From Amoebidium appalachense (taxonomy: Eukaryota > Protista > Ichthyosporea): DNA of 64,000 nucleotides. Positions 1 through 50,311 of this stretch are shown here, in pieces; the stretch's first letter is position 1, and each line of letters opens with the position of its first letter. Made by a program: the position numbers and the translations under genes. Where the stretch lies: positions 1,674,001-1,738,000 of the forward strand of contig CAVNZM010000015.1 of the NCBI GenBank assembly GCA_963693365.1, given 5' to 3'. Under the pieces are notes generated by a model, which saw nothing but the letters and a program-made list of their open reading frames with translations, was not told the origin of the DNA and searched no databases.

Positions 1-377
1 CGGCCATGATTGGATAAGAACCTCGTGGAGATCTTTATTAGCAACCACTCGTGTTTATTCTCTGCATGGATTGGTGCACAAATAGTTAAACCGGAACTAA
101 CCAGTACCTGGTTACGAGTTCTCGGTTGTGGCCCACCCTCACGGGGCCACTGTTAGGATTATGATATCAATATGCTGCCCACAGGCCCGTGTGCATATCT
201 TCCGATCATCACTGATCACCAACGTAGACTGGTGTGCACAGCATTCCTTGCTAAGGGAGGGAGTGTACACGATTGTGCCATACACAACCATGTCTACACC
301 CCCCCCCCCCCCCCCCCCCCCTCCTCCCCCCCCCCCCTCTCCCCGGGCCCTCCACACCCCTTCTCGACCCCCTCCCT

Positions 378-410
<33 letters not shown>

Positions 411-477
411 CCCCCTCCCCCCTTCCCCCCCTCCCCCCCGGCAGCACACACTTGCGCCACGGTGACACTGTACATGT

Positions 478-547
478 TTCGAGTGGTGGGATCTGTTTCT
501 GTTGCATACCCTTTGCACATTTGTGTGGTGATCAGTGTGTGTGTGTG

Positions 548-579
<32 letters not shown>

Positions 580-1243
580 CGCGTGTGTGTGTGCGCGCGT
601 GTGCGCGTGTGTAACAGGGCTTCTATGTGCTTATAGCAGTGCTCTGACGTCCGTGCGGCTGCGCGCGCGCGTGTGCGCGTGTGTAACATGGCTTCTATGT
701 GCTTAGAAGCAGTGCTCTGACGTCCGTGCGGCTAAAGAGAGAAAGATAAATGATGATGCACGGAACGCACACGGCAGCGCCATGTGAAAGAGGGACAGGT
801 GGCCGGGTGTGAGCAAGAAAAACTTTGACAAGGACATTTTCATTTAGGCGAAATGATCGGACCATTTGAAGTCAACCAGGTGTGAATCACGCCAATCACA
901 TGACGAGGATAGCGTGGAGAGGAAGGGGCTGGTGTGGTGGGTTTTATTTATTTATTGAGTGGTACGAGGTAGAACTTTCCATACACAACGAAAACGGTTT
1001 TGGGACGTCCATAGCTCAGGATACATTATGTGTGCAGTATGAAAGGACACTGATCACCACACAAATGTGCAAAGGGTATGCAACAGAAACAGATCCCACC
1101 ACTCGAATGAACCTGTTATGATTGAAGGTGCAGTAGCACGTAAATAAAGTGTGATATCACGTGTATTCAAAAATCACAGGTGCCTGCTTGCTGGGAAAGG
1201 AGGCGGGGTGGGTGGGAAGGTGGTTTTGGGGGGGGGAGGGGGG

Positions 1244-1282
<39 letters not shown>

Positions 1283-1672
1283 GCACAGCTATCGTCGGAG
1301 CCGATAGCACAACCAGTTTCACAGTGTGTGTAGTTGTCACCGTCGGGATCAACGTCTAGGCTCCAAAAGTAATAGGTGCAACAATTGCACCCGTCAATAC
1401 TACGGTTAGCCCTCGGCGTTGCTACAGACGCAACAATATCAATATGCCCTGCACATGTGTTATAGGCGTTGATATCGGCGCAGCAAATATCACGGTATTG
1501 TTTACCTGTGACGCGCGCGCGCTGCCGCACGGACGTCAGAGCACTGCTTCTAAGCACATAGAAGCCCTGTTACACACGCGCACACGCGCGCGCGCAGCCG
1601 CACGGACGTCAGAGCACTGCTTCTAAGCACATAGAAGCCCTGTTACACACGCGCACACGCGCGCACACACAC

Positions 1673-1680
<8 letters not shown>
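478..1680. repeat. Local inverted repeat cluster: ~60-bp unit A (478-538, inverted at 1047-1108) and tandem ~74-bp unit B x2 (~590-733, inverted at ~1523-1680)
   Basis: TTCGAGTGGTGGGATCTGTTTCTGTTGCATACCCTTTGCACATTTGTGTGGTGATCAGTGT recurs as its reverse complement at 1047-1108. GTAACAGGGCTTCTATGTGCTTAGAAGCAGTGCTCTGACGTCCGTGCGGC occurs twice on + and twice on -. Confidence 0.85.
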
Positions 1681-1750
<70 letters not shown>

Positions 1751-1795
1751 GCACGCACGCACACGCACAGTATAGTCATACCGTACACACACGCG

Positions 1796-1833
<38 letters not shown>

Positions 1834-1835
1834 GA

Positions 1836-1872
<37 letters not shown>

Positions 1873-1930
1873 AGTCACACACCGTGCCAAAATCATGCTC
1901 GAGCGTGCTCTAGCCCGCGTATGCGCGCAC

Positions 1931-1989
<59 letters not shown>

Positions 1990-2176
1990 ACCTTCTTCCC
2001 CCTCCCCCCCCCCCCTCCCCCCCCCCCCCCCCCCCCACACACACACACCTTCCCTCCCCCCTCCCCCTTCAACCCCTCCCCCCCACCCATTTCCCATCAC
2101 CATCACCACAAATACACATTTCACATGAATAACACCTACTGAGAAACACTGTACTAGTACAACTACCGATCCACTT

Positions 2177-2237
<61 letters not shown>

Positions 2238-2539
2238 CGCCATCATATCATACAGGCATCAATAGGGATTGTGTTGTCGACGATCTTATAGGCAAAATCC
2301 GGTACGGAAACAGATCCGATACGGTACTCTGTAATACATTCCACTCCTCAAACCCCCCCCCCTCCCCCCCACCATCCCCTCCCCCCCCCCCCCCCCCCCA
2401 CCATCCATTTCCCCCGGCCCCCTCCCCCCCTCCCCCCCGTCCCCCCTCTTCCCTGCTCCCCCCTCCCCCCTTGCCCCCCGGGTGCGAAAAAAACTTCGAT
2501 AAATACCCTAAAGAAATCAAGGAGAAGTAAAATAAGCTT

Positions 2540-5520
2540 ATTTTTTTATTTTATCCCGTTTTGTTCCCGGAGGTACCCCTGGGGGCCCTCCTGGGAAATT
2601 ACCGTCTTCCACCCAGCACCGACAGTACTCTAGCTAGGGTGCTACGATGCTATTAGCTAAACTAACATACCTATAACAATCCTAACTATATGTACACACT
2701 TTGCCCAGGGTATTAACCCCAGCCACGCCGGTGGGTAGCACCAGGCTTCCCCTCCACTCAGAACCGGCTAATAAACTTGAATACTGGGCTCTCATTGGTT
2801 GATCTAAAGTGGTGGAGTGTGTGATGTGGGGTGGGTGGGTTTACGGGGGATAAAAGTGTATGGTGGGGTCTGGTGGTGGTGAGTGGCTGCCTAATAGTAT
2901 GCATATGTGGTGTTGTACGTTATTAGGTGGCTACGGTGTAATGGTCTAAGAGCCTAGGGTTGCATGGTTGGGTTGTTCTATGTGTGTGTCTGCAGGTTGG
3001 GCATGCTGCCTGTGTGTGTGTGGGTTGTGTGGGTGTGTGTGGTTTGGGTTTCGGTGGGGCTCTACGTCTCTGTTTACGTGTGGTGTTTGAGTGTTTGTGT
3101 TTGTGCATTTTAGGGTGTGTGGGTGGGAGGGTCGTGTTTCGTGGTGTCCATATCTTAGTGTACAAAAAAGTTTGCAATTCTACGGTTATTATAGCTAAAA
3201 TGGCCCGTACCGTGGGCTCGGTGGTGCCGAGGTCTGTTAGTAGGGGCCCCACGGATCGTGGGCAAAAACCCCGTGTGACCCACTTGATGTCCACGGAGTC
3301 TTGTGGGTCGGGCTGCCCTCCGATCCACTTCGAGCCACTCACACTGGGAGGTGGCCGTGTTGGCTAACTGCCGGTGTTGGGCCGTGGGGGTCTTGGGGTG
3401 ACGGGAGTGCAACACGTTGTAGATGCATGCCGCGATGGCCGTGGTCAGAGAGGGGGCTTCCTCGGCATGTGCCGAGCAGGACCAGAGGTGGGCCGTCGTC
3501 TCCGGGTGCTGTTTGCACCTGGGGCACGTGGGTTCCGTGACGATGGTCGGGTGGTCTCGGTGTAGCCTGGCCAGGGTCGGTAGGGTGCCCATAGCCAGTG
3601 ATAGGCTCCGAGTGTTGCCCTTTACGACCCGTATCGATGCCTGGGCTGGGCCCTTGTTGAGTTTCAAGGGGTCCCTCTCGGCTGGGAGTAAACGGGGGTC
3701 GGTGAGGACGGACATGGCCTCCGTCTTGCCGGCCCTTTCCTTGAGGTATTCCCTGGTCAGCCGGTTTAGGGCGCCGGGAATGTTGCCGGGGATTTGGTGT
3801 CCTTGTAGTCGAAGGGTGTGTCGGCCCCCTCCTGGGGCTGGGGGTACAGGGGGGGGAGGGGAGGGTTCTGCCGGTGTTGGCAGCCTTGTCGGCGTGGTTG
3901 TTCCTCTGCCCCTGTTGTTTCTGGTTGGACTGGTGCCCTTTTCCCACATGGTCTCCACGGAGCCTGCATCTGACGGAGGGAGAGTTGGTCCCGGACATGG
4001 GCTCATTCCACCGTGTGGGAGAACTTGTGTCGCCGTCTGAGTGGCATGGTGGGGTCTAGGTTGGCTGCCCACCTTTTAAGCACTCCGAGGTTGTACAGTC
4101 TGATGTGGATGGGGGTAGAAATAGGGGTCAGTAGTAGGGCCAATAGCACCCCGGTGAGCTCTGCTTGGGCTGATGACAAGGCCGTGTTTATTAGACGGGT
4201 GTATGCCGTGACCGGTGGGGCTGCCCGGTCTGGTGTGTCCAGGACGGCCCCGGCTCCGGCCCGGGCTGTTCTCCGGCCTGGGTGGGTCAGGCTGCCGTCG
4301 GTGTATACGGTGATGGTGGAGTTGGGGGGGAGCTGTTGGATGTGGAGTTGCCATTCCTCGTAGGTGCCCGGGGGTACCAGGTCCGTGTGAATGAGTCTCC
4401 GGGGGGTGGGGGGGTTTGCAGGTCAGCTGGGTGTGCTGTGCAGTTGTGGCTCGGGGGTCTGCCCCAGGGGGGGGGCTCGGAGGGGGGAGGTTGCTGGGGG
4501 GGGTCGGCCGGTAGGGGTGTTGCCTGCTGCCGGGTTTGCACGGAGGTGCAGCATCTGCTGGGTGGCCTGCTGCTCCGGGGGCAGGTTGCTCCTGAAAGCC
4601 ATGGTGAATCTCCCTCCATTGGTCGGCCGGGTCTCCCCCGTCTTCCAGGGCCACCACCTGGTGGATGGGAATCCGTTCCTCGGTGATGGGGCCCTTGCTG
4701 TCCTTGGTTGCAATCCGGTGGGTGGTGATAACGGCGGTGCGGGCTATAAAAGGGTCTGCCTGGACTACTTCTACTGCACGGGTCCATCCCACACACCGGT
4801 AACCTTGGGTGGTGGTGTCTGTTGGGGGGTCTGGGGCCTCGGAGGTGCTCTCGATCGTTGCTGCCCTCACTAGGTGCCCCACTCGCCTCGTCCTCTGAGT
4901 CGATGCTGCCCCCACTGGGTGACTCACCCTCATCCTCCTCTGGGTCAGTGCTGACCTCGCTGGCTGACCCATTCTCTCCCTCCTCGGAGTTGTGGCTATC
5001 CTCATTGGGTGCCTCACTCACAGCCTCTTCGAACTCGAAGCTGTCTTCACTGGATGACCCACTCACAGTCACGTCGGGGTCTGTGCCCCCTTCATTGGGT
5101 GCCTGTCCCTCGGCCCCCTCGGACTCGTTGCTGTCCTCACTATTCCCCGGTGGGTCAGTAAGACCCTGGGGGATGGTCGGTGTGTGGGCTAGGTTCCAAT
5201 GGGAGTCCCCGTACTTGCAGTCCCCCGGACAAAAACGGAAATGTGCCGGCCCGTTCGGGTTGTTCCATTTGGTCCTGCCCCAGGCTACCCCTTCTTCCTC
5301 CGTGTTGTCTCGTAGGTGTGCAATTTTGACCCAGGCCTCTCCGTTGTGGGTGGTAGTGGCCACCACTAGGCTCAGTTCGTAGTGATCGTGCTCGACGATT
5401 TCCCACCACGAATGAGTTGACTGGGTGGTTGGCCACAAACGGGATGGGGTGGTGGGTGGGCTGCCGATGCGGTGGTTTGAGGTGGGCAGCTATGGGCTGC
5501 CTGGGAGATGGCCTTCACGG
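2540..5520 (-). mobile_element. 5'-truncated, frameshifted non-LTR retrotransposon (family A): C-terminal ORF2 with RNase H and CCHC zinc knuckle, structured 3' UTR and A-rich tail
   Basis: Minus-strand translation gives RNase H motifs ITVYTDGS (YTDGS at 4291-4305), AGAG, SSAQAELTGVLLAL and KGH..NNHADKAA, plus the knuckle CPRCKQHPETTAHLWSC (~3470-3520). The 3' UTR (2540-2810) is homologous to 62070-62340 and ends in GATAAAATAAAAAAA. The 5' boundary is approximate and no TSD was found. Confidence 0.85.
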
Positions 5521-5537
5521 TACCACTGCTATGTCGG

Positions 5538-6014
5538 TGACGTCATCAATGTTTGCGGTACTTTAGACTATTGTTGGACTACCAATTTTTCGGCTGCAAA
5601 AAGCAAAAGCAAAAGCAACACCTTTCAGAAAGCGAAAACGAAGGTTGTGAGTTGAGCCTGCGGACGAAATAACGGGCACATTTCTTCAGCATAAAAGAAA
5701 ACACAAACGTTAACGGTCGGTTCAAAGGCCCTCGGTTTGAAGTAAGGATAAACGTTGTGCTTTAGTGGTTTTGCTTCTCGATTTTTAACGGGAAAGACGA
5801 AACCACGGAGAAAATACAGTTACAACACACGGATCTAAGAAGACGGTTTAAAATTTACTACCTAAGAGGAGAGCTGGGGAGCAAAAGAGAGAGATATATA
5901 GAGGGGAAGAGAGAGTGAAAAAAAGGGCGAGTTACAAAGTTCAACTGTCATCTGAGGAACTCTCGGGTACAAGGGCATTTTGAGCGCCACCCCCCTTCGT
6001 TCTCTTAGGTATGT
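5538..6014 (+). promoter_or_regulatory. Putative promoter and non-coding first exon of the STRAD-like gene
   Basis: Repeat-free region with a TGACGTCA (CRE-like) palindrome at 5538-5545 and a strong donor AG|GTATGT at 6008/6009. The first coding exon starts after an acceptor (TTTTTAG, 10149) 3 nt before the ATG, so an upstream exon is expected. The link between the two is inferred. Confidence 0.4.
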
Positions 6015-6939
6015 TAGCTTTGAACATCACTTTAGCGAGCACAAGCGACCGGTTTGTTGGACACTATTAACATAACAAAAAGGGGGGAATTGATGGCGAA
6101 GGAAGGATACGAAGGAGGAGAAGGGGTTGACCTTGAAGGGGAGGGGAGGGAGTTGGAAAGGAAAGAGAGGGCGGGAGAAAGGGGGAGTGAAGGTTGATTA
6201 AGTTGGTGGGTCTTGAAACAGAGTAGCCCTTTTTGGTTCGTGTGGGAGATATCTGCTGGGTGAAGATAGGGAAGCACGGACAACAAGGGGTAGATGGCAA
6301 CCAGAGAGAGAGGGAGTGAGGTTGAGGAGTACATGTTAAGGTGGTGATGGGTTTGCTTGTTAGGAGTGAGAGGGAGGGAGGGGATGAAGGAGGCGTGTTG
6401 GAAGAGAACGAGGGAAGATCAAGGTGGGAACCTAGAGAGTGCTAGTGGAGGTTGTGTTTGTTTGTGTTTGTGTGTGGGAGGGGGAGAGGAGGGGGGAGGG
6501 GGAGGGGGGCAGGGGTGTTTGTGCGTGTGTGTGGGTGAGTGGGTGGGGGGAAGGGGGGGGGGGGGGGGATGGCAAAGAAGGCGAGGAAGTGAGAGTGGAT
6601 CGTGGCTAAGGGAAGAGCATTGGACGTTGGGGGGAGGAGGAGGGTGTGTGTGTGTGTCTGGGGGGGGGGGGGGGGGAATGGAGGGGGAGGGGGTGCTGGT
6701 GGTGAGGGGGTGTGGCATGAAAATGGAAATTAGTAGGAGGGGAAAGAATTAGGTTGAAGCGAGAATGATGGGCTGAGCCCCATTGCATACATAAATCCTA
6801 GCAGTCAGCACAGTGGTAGGAATAGCAACGGAGAGAGAAGAATGTGTAGGCATGTTTCCCGATGCAAATGCTTTCGAAACAATTGGTGCATAAGAGCGTT
6901 GGTACAGGTGTTTTTTTCTTTTCTTTTTTTTTTTTTTGT

Positions 6940-6977
<38 letters not shown>

Positions 6978-7079
6978 TACATGTACGGCTGCAGAAACAG
7001 AAAGGTAGAAAGGTCTGCATATGTCTCATATGAAGACACTGGCATATGTGAACCTTATTGCACATCCTCTACCCGCCCC

Positions 7080-7125
<46 letters not shown>

Positions 7126-7690
7126 CCGCCCGCCCGCCCTTTGTGCCTCCCCCTCCTCTTCTCCTCTGCCCCCTCCCCCCCCCCCCCTCTGCTCTGAAAA
7201 TGGGTTCAGCTTATGTTGCATACTGCTTGCGTTGCTAATGTTGCGTACTTTGTTTTCCTTTGCGTGTGTCCTGCACCATGTCTCTCACCGTGTAGCTGTA
7301 CTTCGCACCGTGTTCCACATTCTAACAACCCTCACCCCCCCCTCTTCCCCCGTCGATAACTTGGGTCTCTGCTGATTTGAAAATTCTGCACTGCTGTGTC
7401 CGTTGCAAACACATACTTTGTACTTTTTTACATCGCCATTTCCCCCTCCCCTCCCCCCCCCCCCCCCCCCCCTCTCCCCCCCTCCCCCCCTCCCCCCCCC
7501 CCCGGCCCCGGTTCTGTTTGTCCCCACCCCGCATGTAAACACACACACACACACACACACACACACCTCTCACCCTGCCCATGCAGCTACCATCTGGTTC
7601 TATTTGGGGGGTCTACCTCTCTTCCAGGGTCCCTCCCTGTGTGTATTCTGCACATGTGGCCCAATGGATCGGTATGCCCGCTCCCCTCCC

Positions 7691-7725
<35 letters not shown>

Positions 7726-8834
7726 CTCCCCTTTCTCTCCCCCTTCCCTTTTCCTGCCCTCCCCCCTTCTCCCTCCCACCCTCCCCCCTCCCCCTCCGGC
7801 CCTGCTTATAATTTATCTTTGTGCGCACTTCCCGGTGCTCCGTTACGGGGTGGTAATCCAAGAGAGACATTTCCCTTGCTCCCCCCCCCCCCCCCCCCCC
7901 CTCCCCTCCCCCCCCCCCCCCTTCCCCCCCCCCCCCCCCCCACCCCCCGCCCGCCCGTCCCCCTCCTACCCCTTCCGCTCTTCTTGCCCCTGCATACAGT
8001 TCTTTGCCATCTCCCCCCCCTCCCTCCCCCCCCCCCCCCCTTTAAGAACTCTCTTGCCACTCTTCTGTGCTTGCTTCCCCGCAACGATGAAGTCTCTTGC
8101 CTCTCTCCTCCCCCCCCCCCCCCCCGCCCCTCTCTTCCCCCGACTCTTTCCCGGTTGCCCACTAATTGTTGTTATGGAAGAACAGGGGCGACATTAAGTC
8201 TTTAACTTAGACACACACGTGAACCAAGCCACCTGCACATGGCATCCACTGGCAAACAGTAGTGCAAATGGAACGGAACGAAAGAAAACATAAAAAAACA
8301 TGAACGGCTAAGGTCTTGAATGAGTGACAAGCAAAATTTTGGGGAAAAAAACGTGTGCCCCTCCCCCCCCCCCCCCTTTTCTTTGAGTGGGTCAAGGGAC
8401 TGGGGGGGGGGGGGGGGTAGAGAGAGGCCCGGGGGGGAGGGGGGGACAGGGAGGGAGGGCGGGAGGGGGGGGGGGGAGGGGGGGGAGATGGAGGGAAGGG
8501 GGGACGTCGGGGATGGTGACCGGGCCAAGACGACTCTTGCAGCCGCCCACTCTTATCATTTGACTTAACCATAAAATATAAACAGCTTTAAATCTCAACT
8601 TTAAGTGGCAGCATTAAACTATAATTTTAAGTAACACATTAAGTTTTAAATTTAATTTATAACTGACGGGCACCCTCGCAGCAAGAAGGATGGCGGGGGT
8701 GCTGACCGGGCCAAGACGACTCTTTCAGCGGCCCACTCTGCCCCCCTGCGGTCCCCCTCCCTAACATCGGGCCGATTTGCAATCATAAAAAGAACCCCCA
8801 CGGTACGTCAATCAACCCCCCTCCCCCTCCCCCC

Positions 8835-8906
<72 letters not shown>

Positions 8907-9545
8907 CGTGGATGTGGTGCGGCGTGGAGTTTAGTTTTACTTTTTTGTTGACAGAGGGAGAAAAGTAGTAACTTTTTTTTTTTTTTTTTTTTTTTTTGGA
9001 TTGGGGGGGGGGGGGGGGGGGGGGCATGGGTTGAAGGGAGGAGTTGAGGGTGCAAGGACATTGGTATTGTGAGAATGGGGCCGGGGGGGGGGGGGGGGGG
9101 GGGGGGGAGGGGGGGATCGGAGACTAACAAACGAGGATGAAATAAGTGACACAACACAGAAAGAGTTAAACACAGATCACACAGCACATACACAGGTACA
9201 CACAATCGCACATGCAAGGGGGGGGGGGGGGGGGGATGTGAGAGCACATAAGCAAGCGAGCAAACAAACATACACTATACACACACATGGGCGTGCACAC
9301 ACACACACACACAGAGAGAGACAGAGGGAGATAGGGAGAGGGAGAAGGAGGCATATACACGCACACGCACACACATCCACACGCACACACCTGCATACAC
9401 AACACACACGCATCTACACCGTCCCAGAGACACACACCTATCCCCCTCTCCCCACACAGACACACACACATTACATACACACACATACACCACACACACC
9501 GACATGCACATCCGCCTACACACACTACATCCGCCTACACACACA

Positions 9546-9599
<54 letters not shown>

Positions 9600-9680
9600 C
9601 ACATGCACACGCACACACGCACACACACACACGTGCTCGCGCACACACATGCACACACACACACACACACCTGCACATCC

Positions 9681-9714
<34 letters not shown>

Positions 9715-9779
9715 ACACACACATGCCCACACACACACCCACACACACAACACACCCCTACACCCTCCCCCCCTTCTTT

Positions 9780-9811
<32 letters not shown>

Positions 9812-10152
9812 CTCCCCCCCACCTCCCTCCCCCCCCCCCCCCCCCCCCCCCCCACACACACATACACATGTACGCGCGCGTAGAAAGCGGTACGTGCACA
9901 CACACAACTACACACACGCACATGTGCACGCGCACACACACACGCACACGCACATGTGCACGCGCACAAACACAGAATCCATCCCATTCATCATTCACAG
10001 GGTTCCAACGTGATCCTTATGATGGAAGCCTTAAACCTGTGCTTAATCTATCATTTTATTTGTGAACGATTTTTCTTATCCTTGTGATATCCATTATACG
10101 ATGCCAACTTTCCCCCTGAAATTCACCACGTAATGAATTATGTTTTTAGGCT

Positions 10153-19117
<8,965 letters not shown>

Positions 19118-19301
19118 AAAATTGTTTTCCCGGAATTTTAGGGGGGGAAAGTAGAATGTAATGTGTCACGTAGCGTGAAAAAGGGGTGGTTATGAAAGTT
19201 GGTAGAGTTGTGAACGTGATTAACGTTACCACGTTTACACGTGGCTGGGTAAACGCATTGCGATGGCACACACATGTATCGTAGCACACTCATACATAGC
19301 G

Positions 19302-19352
<51 letters not shown>

Positions 19353-19508
19353 CTGTGTAAGTGTGCCCATACACATATTGGTTGCTGCCTCAAATATCGG
19401 CATGGAGGACGTATGAAAGATTGGGAACGATAACTCTGGTTAAAAGTTCTATGGTTTTGCGCACACATGAGCCAACACAAGGCACACGAGCGCGTGTACA
19501 TGTGTGCC

Positions 19509-19573
<65 letters not shown>

Positions 19574-20524
19574 CTAAGGCAGGATGTTAATTTTTTATTA
19601 GTAGCGGGAGGGGGGGTTAACATCCTGACACAGTTCCTGTTTATTTGCCCTTGCTCACTTCTACGATTGCGGGATCATTAGAAGTTCCATGCACAGTGTT
19701 AGGAAGTGGTTATGAGTTCTGAATATCTACTTTCTAGTTTTTTGGTTGACGAATTTTATGGTTTTGTACAAGAATTATGCCAACCATACATTTCGATCGG
19801 ATGTAAGATTGTTTTGGCTTTTGGGAGAGATAACGAAAATTGAAAGAATGCACATACGCAGACACAGGTAACAACAATGATCATATTTATGGGTATATGA
19901 AACACTCAAAAGCACATGCTTTGCTATCACACTGGCAGAGAATAAATAAATAAAGCTTCGATGTCGTACATTCGTACACTTGACGTCGGCGACCCCAATT
20001 GTATAATCATCCCCCTCCTCCCCCCTCCCCCCCCCCCCCCCCCCCCCCCCCCCCGGGCGGGGGGGGAGGGCTTCAATAAATTAAACCTGGTGTACTTGCC
20101 TAGGTCTTTAATAGTGTTACCATTGCCAACTGCGCGCCATTCTGGCTTGCACTTTGTGTCCATCTTTTCCCAGTTTTCTGGAACACAAGAAATTTCTCTG
20201 GCACGCAAGGTGCCTAACTAACAACTAGTTAAAGGTCCATAACTACCAACATATACCGTAATACCTATTGTCGTATCTAAACGGTTTATACTTTATAGTC
20301 TAGAATGAGGGCTTGTGCACGTGTGTGCGTGTGTTCTTGTGTGCGCGATGCACCTACAGTTGTCATAAGCCCACAAGCGATAACAAGAGGCCACAACCTG
20401 TACGTGCCGGCAATGTTTTTGGCATTGGTTTTGATTCGAATTCCGACCACTCCCTCATCTGCCAGATAAAGAGAGGAGCAGGGAGAGGGGTTGCGGAACA
20501 CGGTTCGAAGTACAACAGCACGAT

Positions 20525-20637
<113 letters not shown>

Positions 20638-21863
20638 TATATCCGTTATAAAATGACCGTGTTAGATCACCTTATTAATGCTGCACAGTATGATATTGTG
20701 ATACGGTGTCATAACTTTCTCTCGGAGCTACCAATAGCTTCTGCTTATCCATAATCTATACTATTTGTAGGGTTGCATACAGTGTACATACGTCACTAGC
20801 TGCATTTGATTGGCTGCGCTGGAAAACGCAGTAGGCCGTCAAGTGAGGCTGGCCTCTTACGATGTCCGCAGCAATACAAAGTGCATAAACCCCCAAGTCA
20901 TCGAACTTCGGGGGGATTGGATCGGGGCTGCAGGTGTTGGAAGATCAACCCCAAGGCATCGGATTGGCTGAGTGTCCGTAAAAGCAGGATCCCGCCACAC
21001 TTTGTTTTCGTTAAAACTTGTGTCATCTGCCTCTAAATTTCTGGTCGGGAGCTCAGTTCCTTGAACTTCACACTCTTTATTCGATTAATCATGTTTCGAT
21101 TTGGTAAAATATATGTTTAATTTACCGTAATGAAATATTTTACATCAGTTCAGCTGCAACTGGTGAGGAATTGAGTACTATAAATTAGGAATCCGAGTCA
21201 TATTTAGGTGCTTGAAATCTTAGACGAAAGTATTACTAAAACCCCAAGGTCTAAGCATACGGGGATGCTTTAGGCATCATACAGCATGCAAGTAAGAGGG
21301 CTGATTTCACGATGTGTACATACATTATTGCATGATTTTTTTCTACTGATTAAATAAAATAACAAATATATTTATAAATAATCTAATAAATTTCTCCGGA
21401 AAGGTCAAGCAAGCACCATGTCTTTGCACAGTGAATGTTCCATGCTGATCCGAAATCAGTATTCACTCTATTTCACTCTACCCCTCCTCGCCTACAATGT
21501 GCAAGGACGTACGTACATTGGATATAAATCATGCAGCCTAAAAATACCATCTGTGGTCAACCGTAAACATGCTACACACAACACTTTACAATCACTCCCC
21601 GCCAGCCTGCCCCGCTGTGACCACGAAACACTTGGTACTATTTCCTGCAGTCCTATCTTTACAAGGCAGTGAAAGATAGATGCGTGCGCTCAACATTTAG
21701 TTTCGAATAATTGTACGTTGTGGTCAGGCGACGGGCGGGATTTGGGCTTTGGTGGTCTCAGGTGGCCGGACACTTTCAACTGCACCTTTAAGGTCCCGAG
21801 TCTTACCACAACAAGTGCACATAGGCAACCAAACAGCGCGTTAGGCCACGTCTCCGTGCAGCC

Positions 21864-49326
<27,463 letters not shown>

Positions 49327-50161
49327 TCGTGTGCCTGTAGATCGGTAGATTACCTGTTTTTGAGTATCGAGTTGAACTGCTGTGAAGTTTTGAAGTTTTT
49401 TCAGAAAAGTGTTCTAGATGCGTGTAGCTAGCAGATGTGTGTACAAATTGTGAAGCTTACCACGTAATCACTAACAGTATCTTTTTTTTCTTTCAATAAT
49501 TTCATTCATGCACAGAACCTTTTTATCTCTGTAGGTAACTTTTAGTGTCGTATTTGAAAGGCAAACAAGGCCCGATTAGTTTTAACCGCCCAGTCCATGG
49601 GTAGCAGTAAAGAACATGGCGTGACAATCAGCAAATGGCCGTGCAGTAATTCTGGCTGTTCCCTGCACTCCGCCTATGCGGTGTGGCCAATAATTTTAGC
49701 CCAGTTCTGTGGACTGGTCTCAGGCCCCGAAAAACTAAGTATAAAATGGCACTGTGTGTCCGCAGCATGCAGGCGTCACAACCCTTGACCCCCCCATGCA
49801 TACTGTGCGTGTCGCTAATATGATGTTGCATGCTCGAATGTTTGCTCTTGCCTGTGCCCTGCACCATGTTTCTCAGTGTAGTTGTACTTCGTACCCTGTT
49901 CCGCATTCTACCTTCCCCCCCCCCCCCCCCTCCCTCCCTCTCTCCCTCCCCCAGCGTGGGGGATGCCATCCCTCCCCGAAGAATGCACACAAAGTGTTAG
50001 ACAGCAGTACACACATACACAATCGATCGTTCCCCACCGGAAGGCATGTACGTACCTCTCGGAAGACCTAGCTAGCCTATGCTATGCTCAAACAGATGGC
50101 ACATAAAAAAAAAACTAATGTGTTATTTCGCAAATGTGTGAGGTTTCGTCACATAAACAGC

Positions 50162-50234
50162 GTCCTGGTAGCGTAGTAGGTAGCGCGTAGGTCTCATAAT
50201 CCTAAGGTCGTGAGTTCGATCCTCACCCAGGGCA
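50162..50234 (+). tRNA. trnM: tRNA-Met (CAT), elongator type
   Basis: 73 nt: acceptor GTCCTGG/CCAGGGC, D-arm TAGCGTAGTAGGTAGCGCG, anticodon arm TAGGT-CTCATAA-TCCTA, T-arm GTGAG-TTCGATC-CTCAC, followed by a T-run Pol III terminator. The G1 start and TTC T-loop indicate an elongator rather than initiator tRNA. Confidence 0.97.
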
Positions 50235-50278
50235 TTCTTTTTTTCCCCGTTTGTTTTGTTTGTTTTGTTTCTGTGCCC

Positions 50279-50311
<33 letters not shown>

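Noticed and set aside
20770-21010. Intergenic stretch with small hairpins as a possible ncRNA
   Set aside because: No recognisable snRNA/snoRNA motifs and no second copy to support a structure.
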